Shown: piece by piece, positions 1-9,952 of the stretch | Position numbering within the stretch: position 1 is the stretch's first letter | Layout of the letters: every line of letters begins with the position of its first letter | NCBI GenBank assembly: GCA_965246835.1 | Contig: CBDFFQ010000001.1 | Location: 2,558,451-2,622,450 of the forward strand | Direction: 5' to 3' | DNA: 64,000 bases | From: Acetobacteraceae bacterium | GTDB lineage: Bacteria > Pseudomonadota > Alphaproteobacteria > Acetobacterales > Acetobacteraceae | The notes under the pieces: generated by a model | Told to the model about the DNA's origin: nothing | Seen by the model: only the letters and a program-made list of their open reading frames with translations | Databases searched by the model: none | Program-made: the position numbers and the translations under genes

Positions 1-735
1 GCCATGCGCCTGGTGATGCGCCGCCTCGGCCAGCGCCAAAGCCTCGGCGTCGCGACCCTGGCTGAACAGGATCCGAGCCACCTCCGCGCGGAGCAGCGCG
101 CCATACAGGACATCGATGCCCTTGGTGCGGGCAATCAGGCGCACGGCCTGGTCCGCCCGCCCGGCGCGGGCCGGCTCGTGGACCGACCTATCCAGCCTGG
201 GATTGCGCGGCAGGACGCGGATCACGGGATCCACGTCATCCGCAGGGACCGCCGCGGGAGCGATCGGGCGAGGCAAGGGCAGAGGTGGTAGCACCGCGCC
301 CTTGGGCAGAGCCGCAGTCAATAACGCATGGATACCCGGCGCATCCGGCAAATCCGCATACCGGCCCAGCCACTGGCGAAGCGGTTCCTCGCCGGGTTGC
401 TCGGCGAAAGCGGAGGCGCCGAGGTAGCGATCGGCCAGCACATGGCCGAGCAAAAGCGGGTCCGATACCTGCTCGGCCTCGGTTCGGGCGATCTGAAGGT
501 CGCCCTTGGCCTGCGCCGCGAAGATACGCCGCAGCCGCAGCGCATCGCTTGCTGATAGCGGGTGCGGTAATCCGATGGTGCCGGAACCCGGTGACATGCG
601 CGGAATGGCCAGAGCCACGTCGTCATACACATCTGCCGCTGCCGCCGAGGCCGAGGCCCCTGCGAGAAACGCGGCCCCGGCGATCAACGCCCGGGCGGCG
701 GGTATCCGGGAAAGCGCGAGGCCGATCCCATTCAT
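1..735 (-). CDS. exported protein, N-terminal part only (lytic-transglycosylase-like periplasmic protein suspected); C-terminus lies outside window
   Basis: Absent from the ORF track because it has no stop in the window. My minus-strand translation from ATG (733..735) gives MNGIGLALSRIPAARALIAGAAFLAGASASAAAADVYDD...DPLLLGHVLADRYL...LRQWLGRYADLPDAPGIHALL and stays open to position 1. The N-terminus is signal-peptide-like. Confidence 0.45.
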   Translation of the reverse strand, partial: MNGIGLALSRIPAARALIAGAAFLAGASASAAAADVYDDVALAIPRMSPGSGTIGLPHPLSASDALRLRRIFAAQAKGDLQIARTEAEQVSDPLLLGHVLADRYLGASAFAEQPGEEPLRQWLGRYADLPDAPGIHALLTAALPKGAVLPPLPLPRPIAPAAVPADDVDPVIRVLPRNPRLDRSVHEPARAGRADQAVRLIARTKGIDVLYGALLRAEVARILFSQGRDAEALALAEAAHHQAHG

Positions 736-822
736 TCGCAGTCGCCTACACGTCGCACGTGACCGGCGCAATGGTTAGGGACGGTCACATCCGTTGAACA
801 ATCCGCGACTGTTCATAACAGA

Positions 823-1614
823 CTACCGACTCAACGCCTCCGCCACGGTCAAAAGATCAGCCCAGATCTCACGTTTGGCGGCAGCCGAGCGCAGCCACTG
901 GTCGGCCGGCGCCGTGACCAGCGCAACCGCGCCGTCCACCCCGTCGATCGAATGGGGCTTGCCTCGAAGTCGGCGAACGGTCTCCGCTGTGCCCAGCACC
1001 GTACGCGCCGGGCCCTGTCCGAGCAGCAGCACGACGCGCGGCCGGACAATCTGCAGCAGCCGCATGACATACGGACGGCACAGCTTGGTTTCCGCCTCGG
1101 TCGGCGCCCGGCCGCCCGGTGGTCGCCAGGGCACCATGCTGGTCAGCAGAACCTGCGTACGATTGAGCCCGATGCTGCCGAGCATCCGGTCGAGCAGCAC
1201 GCCCACCGCCCCGGCGCCAGATTGGCCGGACCGGTCCTCCTCCGCCCCCGGCGCCTCGGCGATCAACATCAGCGCGGCCGCCGTAGTGCCGGAGGGACGC
1301 ACGGTGGTGGTGGCGGTGGCCCGGAGCGGACACTCCGTCAGCGCGGACAGGGCCGCGTAGACCGCCTCCGGTGTCAGCAGCCCATCCAGCGCCACCCCAG
1401 GATCGGGCAGCGACCGTGGCCGCATGCTTTTTGAGGGCGGGGACGGGGGTGGCACGGGCGCCGAAACGTGCAGGGACGCGGACGCCAACCGGAAGCGGCT
1501 GCACGGCTCTCCAGCCAGCGCCTCGTCGGCGCCCCACTCGACCATGAGCCTGAGCGCCGCGAGATCATCCATCCCGCGAAAATGTGGCGGCCCCGGGTTT
1601 TGCGCAACCGCCAA
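823..1614 (-). CDS. uracil-DNA glycosylase family 4-like protein
   Basis: 263-aa ORF. LMLIAEAPGAEEDRSGQ...LLTSMVPWRPPGGRAPT...VVLLLGQGPA matches family-4 UDG (phage SPO1 polymerase-related) motifs. Confidence 0.7.
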   Translation of the reverse strand: MAVAQNPGPPHFRGMDDLAALRLMVEWGADEALAGEPCSRFRLASASLHVSAPVPPPSPPSKSMRPRSLPDPGVALDGLLTPEAVYAALSALTECPLRATATTTVRPSGTTAAALMLIAEAPGAEEDRSGQSGAGAVGVLLDRMLGSIGLNRTQVLLTSMVPWRPPGGRAPTEAETKLCRPYVMRLLQIVRPRVVLLLGQGPARTVLGTAETVRRLRGKPHSIDGVDGAVALVTAPADQWLRSAAAKREIWADLLTVAEALSR

Positions 1615-1649
1615 CTCGCCCTACCTTAGGAGGGAAGACGGAGAGCGAG

Positions 1650-3323
1650 ATGTCGGAACAGGTGAGCGCCCCGCAGACGGGCCAGGACGGCCAGGCCCGG
1701 ACCGACCGCGAGGCGATGGAGTTTGACGTGGTGATCGTGGGCGCTGGGCCGGCTGGCTTGGCCGCGGCGATCCGCCTGAAGCAACTCGCGCCCGACGCCG
1801 GCATCTGCGTCGTGGAGAAGGCAAGCGAAGTGGGCGCGCACATCCTCTCGGGCGCCGTGATCGAGCCGCGCGCGCTGGAGGAACTCCTGCCGGATTGGCG
1901 GGAGCAGGGCGCGCCCTTGCACACGAAGGCGACCGATGACCGCTTCCTGTTCCTCACCGAAACCCGCGCCTTCAAGCTGCCCACCCCGCCGCAGATGCAT
2001 AACGAGGGCAATTACATCGTGAGCCTCGGCGATGTCTGCCGCTGGCTCGGCACGCAGGCGGAGGCGCTGGGCGTCGAGATCTATCCCGGCTTCTCCGCCG
2101 CGGAGGTGCTGATCGAAGGCGGCCAGGTGCGCGGCGTCGCGACCGGGGACATGGGCATCACCAAATCCGGCGAGCACGGCTCCGCCTACCAGCCCGGCAT
2201 GGAGCTGCGCGCCGCCTACACCCTGTTCGCCGAGGGCTGCCGGGGTTCGCTCACCAAGCAAGTCATGCAGCGCTTCGGCCTGCGGGAGGGGCGGGACCCG
2301 CAGACCTACGCGCTGGGCATCAAGGAGCTGTGGGAGGTGCCGGCCGCGCAGCACAAGCCGGGCCTGGTGGAACACGCGGTGGGCTGGCCGCTGGACCGGA
2401 ACACGTATGGCGGCTCCTGGCTCTATCATTTCGGCCACAATCTTGTTTCGTATGGGTTCGTCGTCGGGCTGGACTACGCCAACCCCTGGCTGTCCCCGTT
2501 CGACGAGATGCAGCGCTTCAAGACGCACCCCGCCATCCGCGGCCATTTCGAGGGCGGCCGGCGCATCAGCTACGGCGCCCGGGCCCTCAGCGAAGGCGGG
2601 CTGCAATCCATCCCGAAGCTGACTTTCCCGGGCGGCGCGCTGATCGGGGACACCGCCGGGTTCCTGAACGTGCCGAAGATCAAGGGCACCCATGCCGCCA
2701 TGAAATCCGGCATGCTGGCGGCCGAGGCGGTGGCGGAGGCGCTGGCGCAGAACCGCCCGGCGGAGCCCGAGAGCTACACCGCCCGCTTCGAACAGAGCTG
2801 GCTCCACACCGAGTTGCACGGCGCCCGCAACATCCGCCCGGCCTTCGCCAAGCTCGGTTTGCTGGGCGGCATCGCCTATTCCGCGGTGGATACCTTCGTA
2901 TTCCGCGGCCGCGCACCCTGGACCTTCCACCACGCCCATGCCGACCACGAGAGCCTGCGCCTCGCCAGCGCCGCGCCGAAACCGGCCTACCCGAAGCCGG
3001 ATGGCAAGTTGACCTTCGACCGCCTCAGCTCCGTATTCATCAGCAACACCAACCATGCCGAAGACCAGCCGCCGCATCTGCAATTGCGCGATCCCGCACG
3101 CTGGCGTGGGGTGAATTGGGACGAGTATGCCAGCCCCGAAAGCCGCTATTGCCCGGCGGGCGTCTATGAGGCCGTGGGCGTCGAGCAAGGCGAGCCGCGG
3201 CTGCAGATCAACGCGCAGAACTGCGTCCACTGCAAAACCTGCGACATCAAGGACCCCACGCAGAACATCGACTGGGTGGCCCCCGAGGGCAGCGGCGGTC
3301 CTAACTATCCGAGCGGCATGTAG
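1650..3323 (+). CDS. electron-transfer flavoprotein:ubiquinone oxidoreductase
   Basis: FAD motif FDVVIVGAGPAGLAAA. C-terminal 4Fe-4S motif CVHCKTCDIKDPTQNIDW. Start moved to ATG 1650 (MSEQV), which is preceded by GGAGAG. Confidence 0.9.
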   Translation: MSEQVSAPQTGQDGQARTDREAMEFDVVIVGAGPAGLAAAIRLKQLAPDAGICVVEKASEVGAHILSGAVIEPRALEELLPDWREQGAPLHTKATDDRFLFLTETRAFKLPTPPQMHNEGNYIVSLGDVCRWLGTQAEALGVEIYPGFSAAEVLIEGGQVRGVATGDMGITKSGEHGSAYQPGMELRAAYTLFAEGCRGSLTKQVMQRFGLREGRDPQTYALGIKELWEVPAAQHKPGLVEHAVGWPLDRNTYGGSWLYHFGHNLVSYGFVVGLDYANPWLSPFDEMQRFKTHPAIRGHFEGGRRISYGARALSEGGLQSIPKLTFPGGALIGDTAGFLNVPKIKGTHAAMKSGMLAAEAVAEALAQNRPAEPESYTARFEQSWLHTELHGARNIRPAFAKLGLLGGIAYSAVDTFVFRGRAPWTFHHAHADHESLRLASAAPKPAYPKPDGKLTFDRLSSVFISNTNHAEDQPPHLQLRDPARWRGVNWDEYASPESRYCPAGVYEAVGVEQGEPRLQINAQNCVHCKTCDIKDPTQNIDWVAPEGSGGPNYPSGM

Positions 3324-3340
3324 CGGCCTACACTCCGCCG

Positions 3341-5053
3341 ATGCACCCGATCCGCCGCTCCGCGCTCCTGTTCCTGGCGATGATCGCCGGGGGCGCCGCC
3401 AATGATTACGGGTTCGAGACCGCCAGCGGGGTCTCGGTCTTCCAGCCCAATGGCGCGTTCGGCGCCTACCTGACCGGCCGCTTCGCCGCGCAGCGGACGG
3501 ACATGGCGATGGCGGCGGACCAGCTCGATCGGGCATTGACCCAGGATGCCGGCGTGCCGGAGGTGGCGCAGCAGGCCTTCATCGCCGCCACCATGGCCGG
3601 GCGCCCCGATGCCGCGCGGCTGGCGGCGGCCTTGCCGGACAATCCGGTGGCGCAGCTGGTGCTCGCCAACCGGGACGCGCTGGCGGGGGACTGGGCCTCC
3701 GCCGAAGCGCGCTTCGCGACCTTGCCCAACACCGGCATCACCCAGGTGCTGCGCCCCTTGCTGGTCGCCTGGGCGCAGCAAGGGCAGGGGCGGACGGAAG
3801 CGGCACTCGCGACGTTGCAACCCTATTTCGACGGCAACCGGTTTCGCGGCGTCATGGCGCTGCACGCCGCGCTGATCGCCGATCTGGGCGGTCAGGCCGG
3901 GAACGCCACGCGCCTCTATGATCTGGCGCAGGCCGAATATGGCGGCACCAATCTTCGCCTCGGGCAAATGCTCGCGAGCTGGCGCGCACGGTCTGGCGCC
4001 GCCTCCGAAGGGCTGCGCACCTTGCAAGATATGCTGGGCGCCAGCGGGGACCTCGCGATGGCGCGCCCGGCGCTTGAGGCAGCGATGGCCCGGCCCGTGG
4101 TCCGCACCCCCGCCGACGGCATCGCCGAAGCCTATCTGGCACTCGCGGGCGCGCTGCGGGCGCAGGTCGGGCAACCGGCCTCCGCAGGCGGCGGGCAGCT
4201 CACGGCCGACACGGCGCAGGTATTGCTGCGCCTGGCGCTTGCGATGCGGGACGACAACGCTGCCGCCCGGCTGGTGCTGGCGGAGGCGCAGGAGAGCGGA
4301 CGACACTACGCCGCCGCCGCCGAGCTGCTGGCCGCCGTGCCGGCCGACGACCCGCTGATCGCCGTCGTGCGCCTACGGCAGGCCGTGCTGCTCGAAGAGG
4401 CCGGAACGCCGGACGAGGCGGCCGCGGCGCTCGAACGGCTGGCCGCGGAGTATCCCGTGAGCCCGGAGCCGCTGACCCAGCTCGGCGATAATTACCGCCG
4501 GGCCAAGCGGTTCGCGGCCGCGGCGCAGGCCTATGATCGCGCGCTGGCGCGGGTTGGCACGCCGAGCCGGGCCAACTGGCCGCTGTTCTACCAGCGCGGC
4601 ATCGCCTACGAACGGTCCGGCGAGTGGCCGAAGGCGGAAGCCGATTTCCAGTATGCGCTGCGCCTGTCGCCCGACCAGCCCAACGTGTTGAACTATCTGG
4701 GGTACGCCTGGGCGGATCAGGGTGTGAACCTCCCCGAGGCCCGCGGCATGATCGAGCGTGCGGTGGCACAGCGCCCCACCGACGGCTCGATCATCGACAG
4801 CCTGGGCTGGGTCATGCTGAAGCAGAAGGAGCCCGCCGCGGCGCTCACGCAGCTGGAACGGGCGGCCGAGCTGATGCCGGAGGACCCCGTCATCAACGCG
4901 CATCTGGGCGACGCGCTGGATGCCGTGGGCCGCGCGCGGGAGGCCGAGTTCCAATGGCTGCGCGCGCTCAACCTGAAACCCGATCCCGAAGACCGCGAGC
5001 GGATCGAGGCGAAGCTGCGCGCCCGGGGCATCGTGCCGCTCCCGGCGCAGTAA
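3341..5053 (+). CDS. tetratricopeptide-repeat protein with signal peptide
   Basis: 570-aa ORF. Repeated TPR-like A/L/Y-rich helices (AEADFQYALRLSPDQPNVLNYLGYAW, REAEFQWLRALNLKPD). Lies upstream of ispE, as is common in alphaproteobacteria. Confidence 0.7.
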   Translation: MHPIRRSALLFLAMIAGGAANDYGFETASGVSVFQPNGAFGAYLTGRFAAQRTDMAMAADQLDRALTQDAGVPEVAQQAFIAATMAGRPDAARLAAALPDNPVAQLVLANRDALAGDWASAEARFATLPNTGITQVLRPLLVAWAQQGQGRTEAALATLQPYFDGNRFRGVMALHAALIADLGGQAGNATRLYDLAQAEYGGTNLRLGQMLASWRARSGAASEGLRTLQDMLGASGDLAMARPALEAAMARPVVRTPADGIAEAYLALAGALRAQVGQPASAGGGQLTADTAQVLLRLALAMRDDNAAARLVLAEAQESGRHYAAAAELLAAVPADDPLIAVVRLRQAVLLEEAGTPDEAAAALERLAAEYPVSPEPLTQLGDNYRRAKRFAAAAQAYDRALARVGTPSRANWPLFYQRGIAYERSGEWPKAEADFQYALRLSPDQPNVLNYLGYAWADQGVNLPEARGMIERAVAQRPTDGSIIDSLGWVMLKQKEPAAALTQLERAAELMPEDPVINAHLGDALDAVGRAREAEFQWLRALNLKPDPEDRERIEAKLRARGIVPLPAQ

Positions 5054-5062
5054 CAGGGCGCC

Positions 5063-5938
5063 ATGCTGACGGAGTTCGCGCCGGCCAAGGTCAATTTGTT
5101 CCTGCACGTCCTGGGCCGGCGGCCGGATGGCTATCACGAGCTGGACAGCCTGGCGGTGTTCGCCGGGGCGGCGGATGCGCTGCGGGCCGGGCCGTCGACG
5201 GGTCTGAGCCTCGCCATAGAGGGGCCGGCGGGCGCCGCACTGGCGGCCGAGACGGACAATCTGGTGCTGCGGGCGGCCCGTGCGCTGGCGGCTTCTGCCG
5301 GCATCGAGCCGCGCGCATCATTGATCCTGGACAAGCATCTTCCGGTCGCGAGCGGGATCGGCGGCGGCTCCGCAGATGCGGCGGCGGCCCTGCGGGTGCT
5401 ATCCCGCGCTTGGGGCCTCGGGTCGTCGGCGGAGTTCTTGCGCGGTGTCGCGGCGTCGTTGGGGGCGGACGTGCCGGTGTGCGTCGAGAGCCGGGCCGTG
5501 GTGATGCGGGGCGTGGGCGAGGTCCTTGCACCGGCCCCGGTTTTACCGCCGTTCGCGATGGTGCTGGTCAATCCGGGCGTGGGTGTCGCGACACCGGATG
5601 TGTTCCGGGCCCGGGCAGGGGCGTTTTCCACCGAAGCCGTCTTGCCACCTCGCTGGGACGACGTGGCGTCCATGGCAGACGGGCTGCGGCCGCTTCGCAA
5701 CGAACTGCAGCAGGCCGCGATCCGGCTCTGCCCCCCCATCGCCGACGCGCTGGCGTGGTTGGAACGGCAGCCCAAGTGCCTGCTGGCGCGCATGAGCGGC
5801 TCGGGCGCCACGTGCTTCGGCCTGTTTGCCGAGGGGGAAGCGGCGGCGGTGGCGGCGCAATCGGCGCCGGCGGGCTGGTGGGCGTGGGGCGGGGCGTGTC
5901 CCACACGGGGCTTTACGCCGGGGCTGCTACCCGCCTAA
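5063..5938 (+). CDS. ispE: 4-diphosphocytidyl-2-C-methyl-D-erythritol kinase
   Basis: N-terminus APAKVNLFLHVLGRRPDGYHELDS. GHMP kinase motif PVASGIGGGSADAAAAL. Confidence 0.9.
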   Translation: MLTEFAPAKVNLFLHVLGRRPDGYHELDSLAVFAGAADALRAGPSTGLSLAIEGPAGAALAAETDNLVLRAARALAASAGIEPRASLILDKHLPVASGIGGGSADAAAALRVLSRAWGLGSSAEFLRGVAASLGADVPVCVESRAVVMRGVGEVLAPAPVLPPFAMVLVNPGVGVATPDVFRARAGAFSTEAVLPPRWDDVASMADGLRPLRNELQQAAIRLCPPIADALAWLERQPKCLLARMSGSGATCFGLFAEGEAAAVAAQSAPAGWWAWGGACPTRGFTPGLLPA

Positions 5939-5950
5939 TCAGGGGGGCGC

Positions 5951-6025
5951 TGGGGCGTCGCCAAGCGGTAAGGCAGCGGACTTTGAATCCGCCATTCGAA
6001 GGTTCGAATCCTTCCGCCCCAACCA
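5951..6025 (+). tRNA. tRNA-Gln (anticodon TTG)
   Basis: TGGGGCG acceptor stem pairs with CGCCCCA. Anticodon loop CTTTGAA. T-arm GGTTCGAATCC. Encoded CCA end. Confidence 0.9.
6009..6025. repeat. attL: 17-bp direct repeat (tRNA-Gln 3' end)
   Basis: TCCTTCCGCCCCAACCA is identical to 52162..52178. Confidence 0.85.
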
Positions 6026-6302
6026 ACATGTTTTCGTCCTTTAAATCAATAACTTGCCGGAATTCGCTCTGTAACACACGTGGCCCCAATGTGTTACACA
6101 GGAGCACCCTCTGGCCGCCCCCTATCTCCTCCGCCGCGGAGCCGCGTACAGCCTGCGCGCCCGCGTCCCCTCGGATTTAAGATTTCGTATCGGCCGACCC
6201 GAGATTATCCGTGCTCTCGGGACAAACTGCCCGCGTCTGGCTCGCGTCCGCGGGGCAGGAGCGTATGCCCGTCTGCTGGAGGCGTGGTATCGGATCCGGG
6301 CA

Positions 6303-7838
6303 ATGAGCGACGAAGAAGCAACCCCCGAAAAAATCATCGAGGTTCTGGAAGCGGCTCTTGCGGTGAGTGAAGCCGTAGCGGTCGCGGCTGCGCGCCGCGA
6401 CGACGTCGCCGCACAGGTGACTGCGTTGAAAAATGCGGTGACGCTGGTGCGGCAGGCTGAGGCAAACAGCACGATTATCGCGGGCATGCAGGAGAGGGCC
6501 GCGGAACTGGTGCCGGAACTGGAGCGTGTGGGACGGTCGGTTGGTCAGCAGCGGGACGCGGCAGCCCTGTCTCCCGCCGCCCTGAAGTCACTCCGCAGCA
6601 TCATGTCCACCGCGGGGATGGTGATGCGGGATACGCCGTCTCCTACCGTCCTGACCTACCTCGAAAAGACCTACCTTTTGGAGCGTCGGCTGAAGGACGA
6701 CGGCCGTCGTCACATGCAGGGGTATGTGAGGTTGTTTGCGAAAATCCTCGGTGACCGGCCGCTGAACACGTTCGAACGCAGCGACGTCCTGAAATGGGTG
6801 AAGACGCTGGAGCGGGTGCCGACGAGCTACGGCAAGGGCGGGAAGGATGCTCATAAGACCATCGCCGTCATTCTACGGGAGGCGAACAAAGGCAAGAAGC
6901 CTCGCCTTGGGGAGACCACCATCAGGAAGCACGTCACCCACCTTCAGGCATTCTTCCTGTCGGCCATCACGCACCACAAGTTTGCCACCGGCGATGATGT
7001 GCGCGGATGGTTCGGCAACATCGTCCTGAGCGAGGCTGTGCCTGTGGCGAAGGAGCGCATCATCTGGTCGACGGTAAAGCTCCGGCAGCTGCTCACAGGC
7101 CCTGTCTGGACAGGCACTCACAGCCTGAAAGCCGTGTTCTCGTCCCGCTCGAAGCCCGGTCCCTGGATACACCTTGATGCATGCTGGTGGTTGCCCGTCA
7201 TTGCCCTGCACACGGGCGCACGGCTTGAGGAAATTGCTCAGCTGTATCACCACGACCTGCTCTACGACTCAGGCGGCTTGCCTTTCCTTGACCTGACGGA
7301 CGAAGGCGACCGCGAGTTGAAGAACGAGCACAGCAAACGTGCCGTGCCCATTCACCCGTTCCTGCGGGAAATCGGCTTCCTGGACCTGTTCAAGGCGGGG
7401 AAGAAAGGGCGGGTCTTCAGCGAACTTCGCCTGAAAGGGACCGAGGGGAAGCTGAGTGCAGGATACAGCCAGCACTTCACCAAATACCGTCGGGAGCTGG
7501 GTATGTACATCCACCTGTTGGATTTTCATGCGCTTCGGCACACGTTCATCACGGCCATGCGCGAGAAGGCGAAGGCCGATGTAGGCATGGTGGCGACGAT
7601 GGTGGGACACACCCGCGACCAGGCGCTCAAGGACTTCAAGCAGACCGAGGGCTACACCCATTTTTCGGTGGCGGCCCGCCTTGAAGCGTTGGAACGGCTG
7701 GATTGGGAAGCCCAGGGCATCGACCTGTCACACCTTCGCCGGACAGTGCTGGCCGCAGGTGGTCCACGTGGTCGTGTCAGGGCGGCGGACATCGGCTTGC
7801 CTCTCGAAAAGCAGGAGCCGTCAATGGAAGATAGCTGA
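6303..7838 (+). CDS. tyrosine-type site-specific integrase
   Basis: 511 aa. Catalytic-type motifs ALHTGARLEE, HALRHTFIT, GHT...GYTHF. First gene after the tRNA. Confidence 0.85.
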   Translation: MSDEEATPEKIIEVLEAALAVSEAVAVAAARRDDVAAQVTALKNAVTLVRQAEANSTIIAGMQERAAELVPELERVGRSVGQQRDAAALSPAALKSLRSIMSTAGMVMRDTPSPTVLTYLEKTYLLERRLKDDGRRHMQGYVRLFAKILGDRPLNTFERSDVLKWVKTLERVPTSYGKGGKDAHKTIAVILREANKGKKPRLGETTIRKHVTHLQAFFLSAITHHKFATGDDVRGWFGNIVLSEAVPVAKERIIWSTVKLRQLLTGPVWTGTHSLKAVFSSRSKPGPWIHLDACWWLPVIALHTGARLEEIAQLYHHDLLYDSGGLPFLDLTDEGDRELKNEHSKRAVPIHPFLREIGFLDLFKAGKKGRVFSELRLKGTEGKLSAGYSQHFTKYRRELGMYIHLLDFHALRHTFITAMREKAKADVGMVATMVGHTRDQALKDFKQTEGYTHFSVAARLEALERLDWEAQGIDLSHLRRTVLAAGGPRGRVRAADIGLPLEKQEPSMEDS

Positions 7839-7961
7839 CAAACTCCTGTCAGCCCGGTATGCACCTCAGTTATGAGCCGCTTCCGGAACGACATAGGACG
7901 CTGACGCAAGGCCCTCCCGGGCCTGACCTCACCCGTCGCGTCGTCCGTTCCGAGGCATCTC

Positions 7962-8630
7962 ATGCCTTCCAAATCCGGCATCCTTTTTTACGGCGACCCG
8001 CACGGACGTTGGCAGCCGCTGCTCGACGAATATGCCCGCCATCCTGCCAAAGCCGTGGTCCTCCTCGGCGATTGCGAGTTGTCGGCTCCTCTCGCAGAGA
8101 CGCTGAAACCCATCAGCACTGATGGGTGTCCCATTCATTGGATTTACGGGAATCATGACAACCACACTGAAAACCAATGGGACAACCTCACAAGCGCCCC
8201 GAGCGGTTTGCATGGCCGAGTGACCGATGTGGCGGGCCTGCGGCTGGCCGGGCTGGGCGGCAATTACGCCGCTAAAATCTGGTATCCTAAGGTCGGCAAC
8301 GAGGAACCCCGTCTCCGCACACGGCGGGAATTCCTGAAGAGCTTGCCGCGCTCTGGTCGTCCCGGGACGGAATTGCCCCTTGAGCGCCGTGCTTTGATTT
8401 TCTCGGAGGACCACGACGCGCTGAAGCGGCTGCGGGCTGATGTGCTCGTGTGCCATGAAGCACCCACCAGCCATCCGCATGGGTTTGGCGGGATTGATGA
8501 GCTGGCGAAGGCGATGCGGGTGAGGCTAGTCGTGCACGGCCATCATCACGTCGGTTATCGCGGTGCGTCCCAAGACGGAATTGAGGTCCGGGGGCTCGGC
8601 ATCGCGGAGTGCTGGCGGCACGAAGTGTAG
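7962..8630 (+). CDS. calcineurin-like metallophosphoesterase
   Basis: Motifs GDPHG, LLGDCE, GNHDNH, VCHEAP, VHGHHH. Confidence 0.8.
   Translation: MPSKSGILFYGDPHGRWQPLLDEYARHPAKAVVLLGDCELSAPLAETLKPISTDGCPIHWIYGNHDNHTENQWDNLTSAPSGLHGRVTDVAGLRLAGLGGNYAAKIWYPKVGNEEPRLRTRREFLKSLPRSGRPGTELPLERRALIFSEDHDALKRLRADVLVCHEAPTSHPHGFGGIDELAKAMRVRLVVHGHHHVGYRGASQDGIEVRGLGIAECWRHEV
8109..8126. repeat. motif B copy 1 (CCCATC-N6-GATGGG)
   Basis: CCCATCAGCACTGATGGG, inside the phosphoesterase CDS. Confidence 0.7.
8356..8371. repeat. motif A copy 1 (core GTCCCGGGAC)
   Basis: gtcGTCCCGGGACgga. In a CDS, read as R-P-G-T. Confidence 0.8.
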
Positions 8631-8896
8631 CTTCACGCAACGCTGTGTGGGAGGCGTGCCATTGTCCGCCGGGATGATAAGCTCTGCTTGCTCCCTGCTT
8701 TTCAAGCTGGCACGGTCCCGCCCGAATGAGCAGGTATCGAGTCGGTGGACCAAATCAAGAGCGGGAGATATGGCGTTGTTCCGGGACAGTTCTCCGGCCT
8801 TTTAGCGCGCTTGCCATCCGGCTGTGAGGGTCCAGCCTGTGTTCGCGGCATAGGGGCGGAATTGCCGCTGGTTAACCTTCGGCTGAAGGCATTCTA

Positions 8897-9952
8897 ATGG
8901 CGTTAGCGGAAGCGGTGCCAACACCAGATGCAGTAGAGCACCTGAAGGGAACACCTCAGCGGAAGGCATCCAGAATCGCCTATTCGACCGATTCCGGCTC
9001 CATGTATCACGGGTTTATAGAAGATGTCCTGAAGCGGCCCGACGTCAGGCAATCTCGCGGCAAGGTGGACCTGATATTCACGTCTCCGCCGTTCCCACTT
9101 GTCACCAAAAAGCGCTACGGCAACGAGACGGGCGAGGCATATCTGAACTGGCTTACGTCGCTGGCCGAGCCACTGGCAGAGATGCTGGCACCGAACGGCT
9201 CTATAGTGATGGAGGTTGGAAATGCGTGGGAGAAGGGTTCGCCCACGATGTCCACGTTGCCGCTGGAGTCGCTACTGGCCTTTAAGAAGGCAGGAAACCT
9301 GCATCTCTGCCAGCATGTGATTTGTCACAATCCTGCCCGTCTTCCGAGCCCGGCAGCTTGGGTAACCATCAAGCGCCTTCGCCTGAAAGACACCTACACA
9401 CATGTCTGGTGGATGTCGAAAAGCGAATATCCGAAAGCAGACACCCGCAAAGTGCTGACTCCCTACAGCAAAGAAATGCTGAAGCTGCTCGCTCGCCAGT
9501 CCTATAACTCCGGCCAGCGCCCCTCGGGGCATAAGATTTCAGAGCGGGGCTTCATGACCGACCAGGGAGGAGCCATTCCAGCGAACGTTCTCGACTTTCA
9601 GGACGGCGACGACCGCCTTCCTCCAGCGTTGATGAAGTTCGCCGGCACCGGGTGGGACACGAAATACAGGGATTACTGCAAGGAGATGGGAGTGGATGCC
9701 CACCCGGCTCGCATGCAGATGAGTCTGGCCGCGTTCTTCATAAGCTACCTGACTGACGCAGGGGACCTGGTGCTCGATCCATTCGCGGGTTCCAACACGA
9801 CCGGTGCCTCTGCCGAGCAGTTAGGCCGGAGATGGCTAGGGGTCGAAGCCGAGGAACAATATGTAATCGGGTCAAAAGGCCGCTTCAGCGGCTTCTTCGG
9901 TGCCGGGTCGAAAGGGCAGCCCTCCTCTTCGCAGGATATCGAACATGAATGA
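8897..9952 (+). CDS. DNA methyltransferase, beta-class (N4-cytosine or N6-adenine)
   Basis: Motif IV FTSPPF precedes motif I LDPFAGSNTTG, which is the permuted order typical of the beta class. The stop overlaps the next gene's start. Confidence 0.8.
   Translation: MALAEAVPTPDAVEHLKGTPQRKASRIAYSTDSGSMYHGFIEDVLKRPDVRQSRGKVDLIFTSPPFPLVTKKRYGNETGEAYLNWLTSLAEPLAEMLAPNGSIVMEVGNAWEKGSPTMSTLPLESLLAFKKAGNLHLCQHVICHNPARLPSPAAWVTIKRLRLKDTYTHVWWMSKSEYPKADTRKVLTPYSKEMLKLLARQSYNSGQRPSGHKISERGFMTDQGGAIPANVLDFQDGDDRLPPALMKFAGTGWDTKYRDYCKEMGVDAHPARMQMSLAAFFISYLTDAGDLVLDPFAGSNTTGASAEQLGRRWLGVEAEEQYVIGSKGRFSGFFGAGSKGQPSSSQDIEHE

Noticed and set aside
1626-3536. 636-aa minus-strand ORF antisense to the ETF-QO gene. 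Similar long antisense or shadow ORFs occur at 4624..6180, 31510..33447, 53048..54199, 53734..54903, 58082..59119, 59870..61750 and 60874..62070.
   Set aside because: These are typical high-GC shadow ORFs. They are Arg/Ala/Gly/Pro-rich and low in complexity, with no motifs. The opposite or other frame carries clear conserved domains. One of them would run through the tRNA.
9900-9944. Longer N-terminal extension of the GHKL ATPase ORF. The same applies to extensions at 52684..54846, 57367..60252, 44257..45132, 20489..21640, 26653..27423, 27346..28725 and 29886..30458.
   Set aside because: The extensions overlap upstream genes or are compositionally non-coding. Internal starts give canonical N-termini or start/stop coupling.
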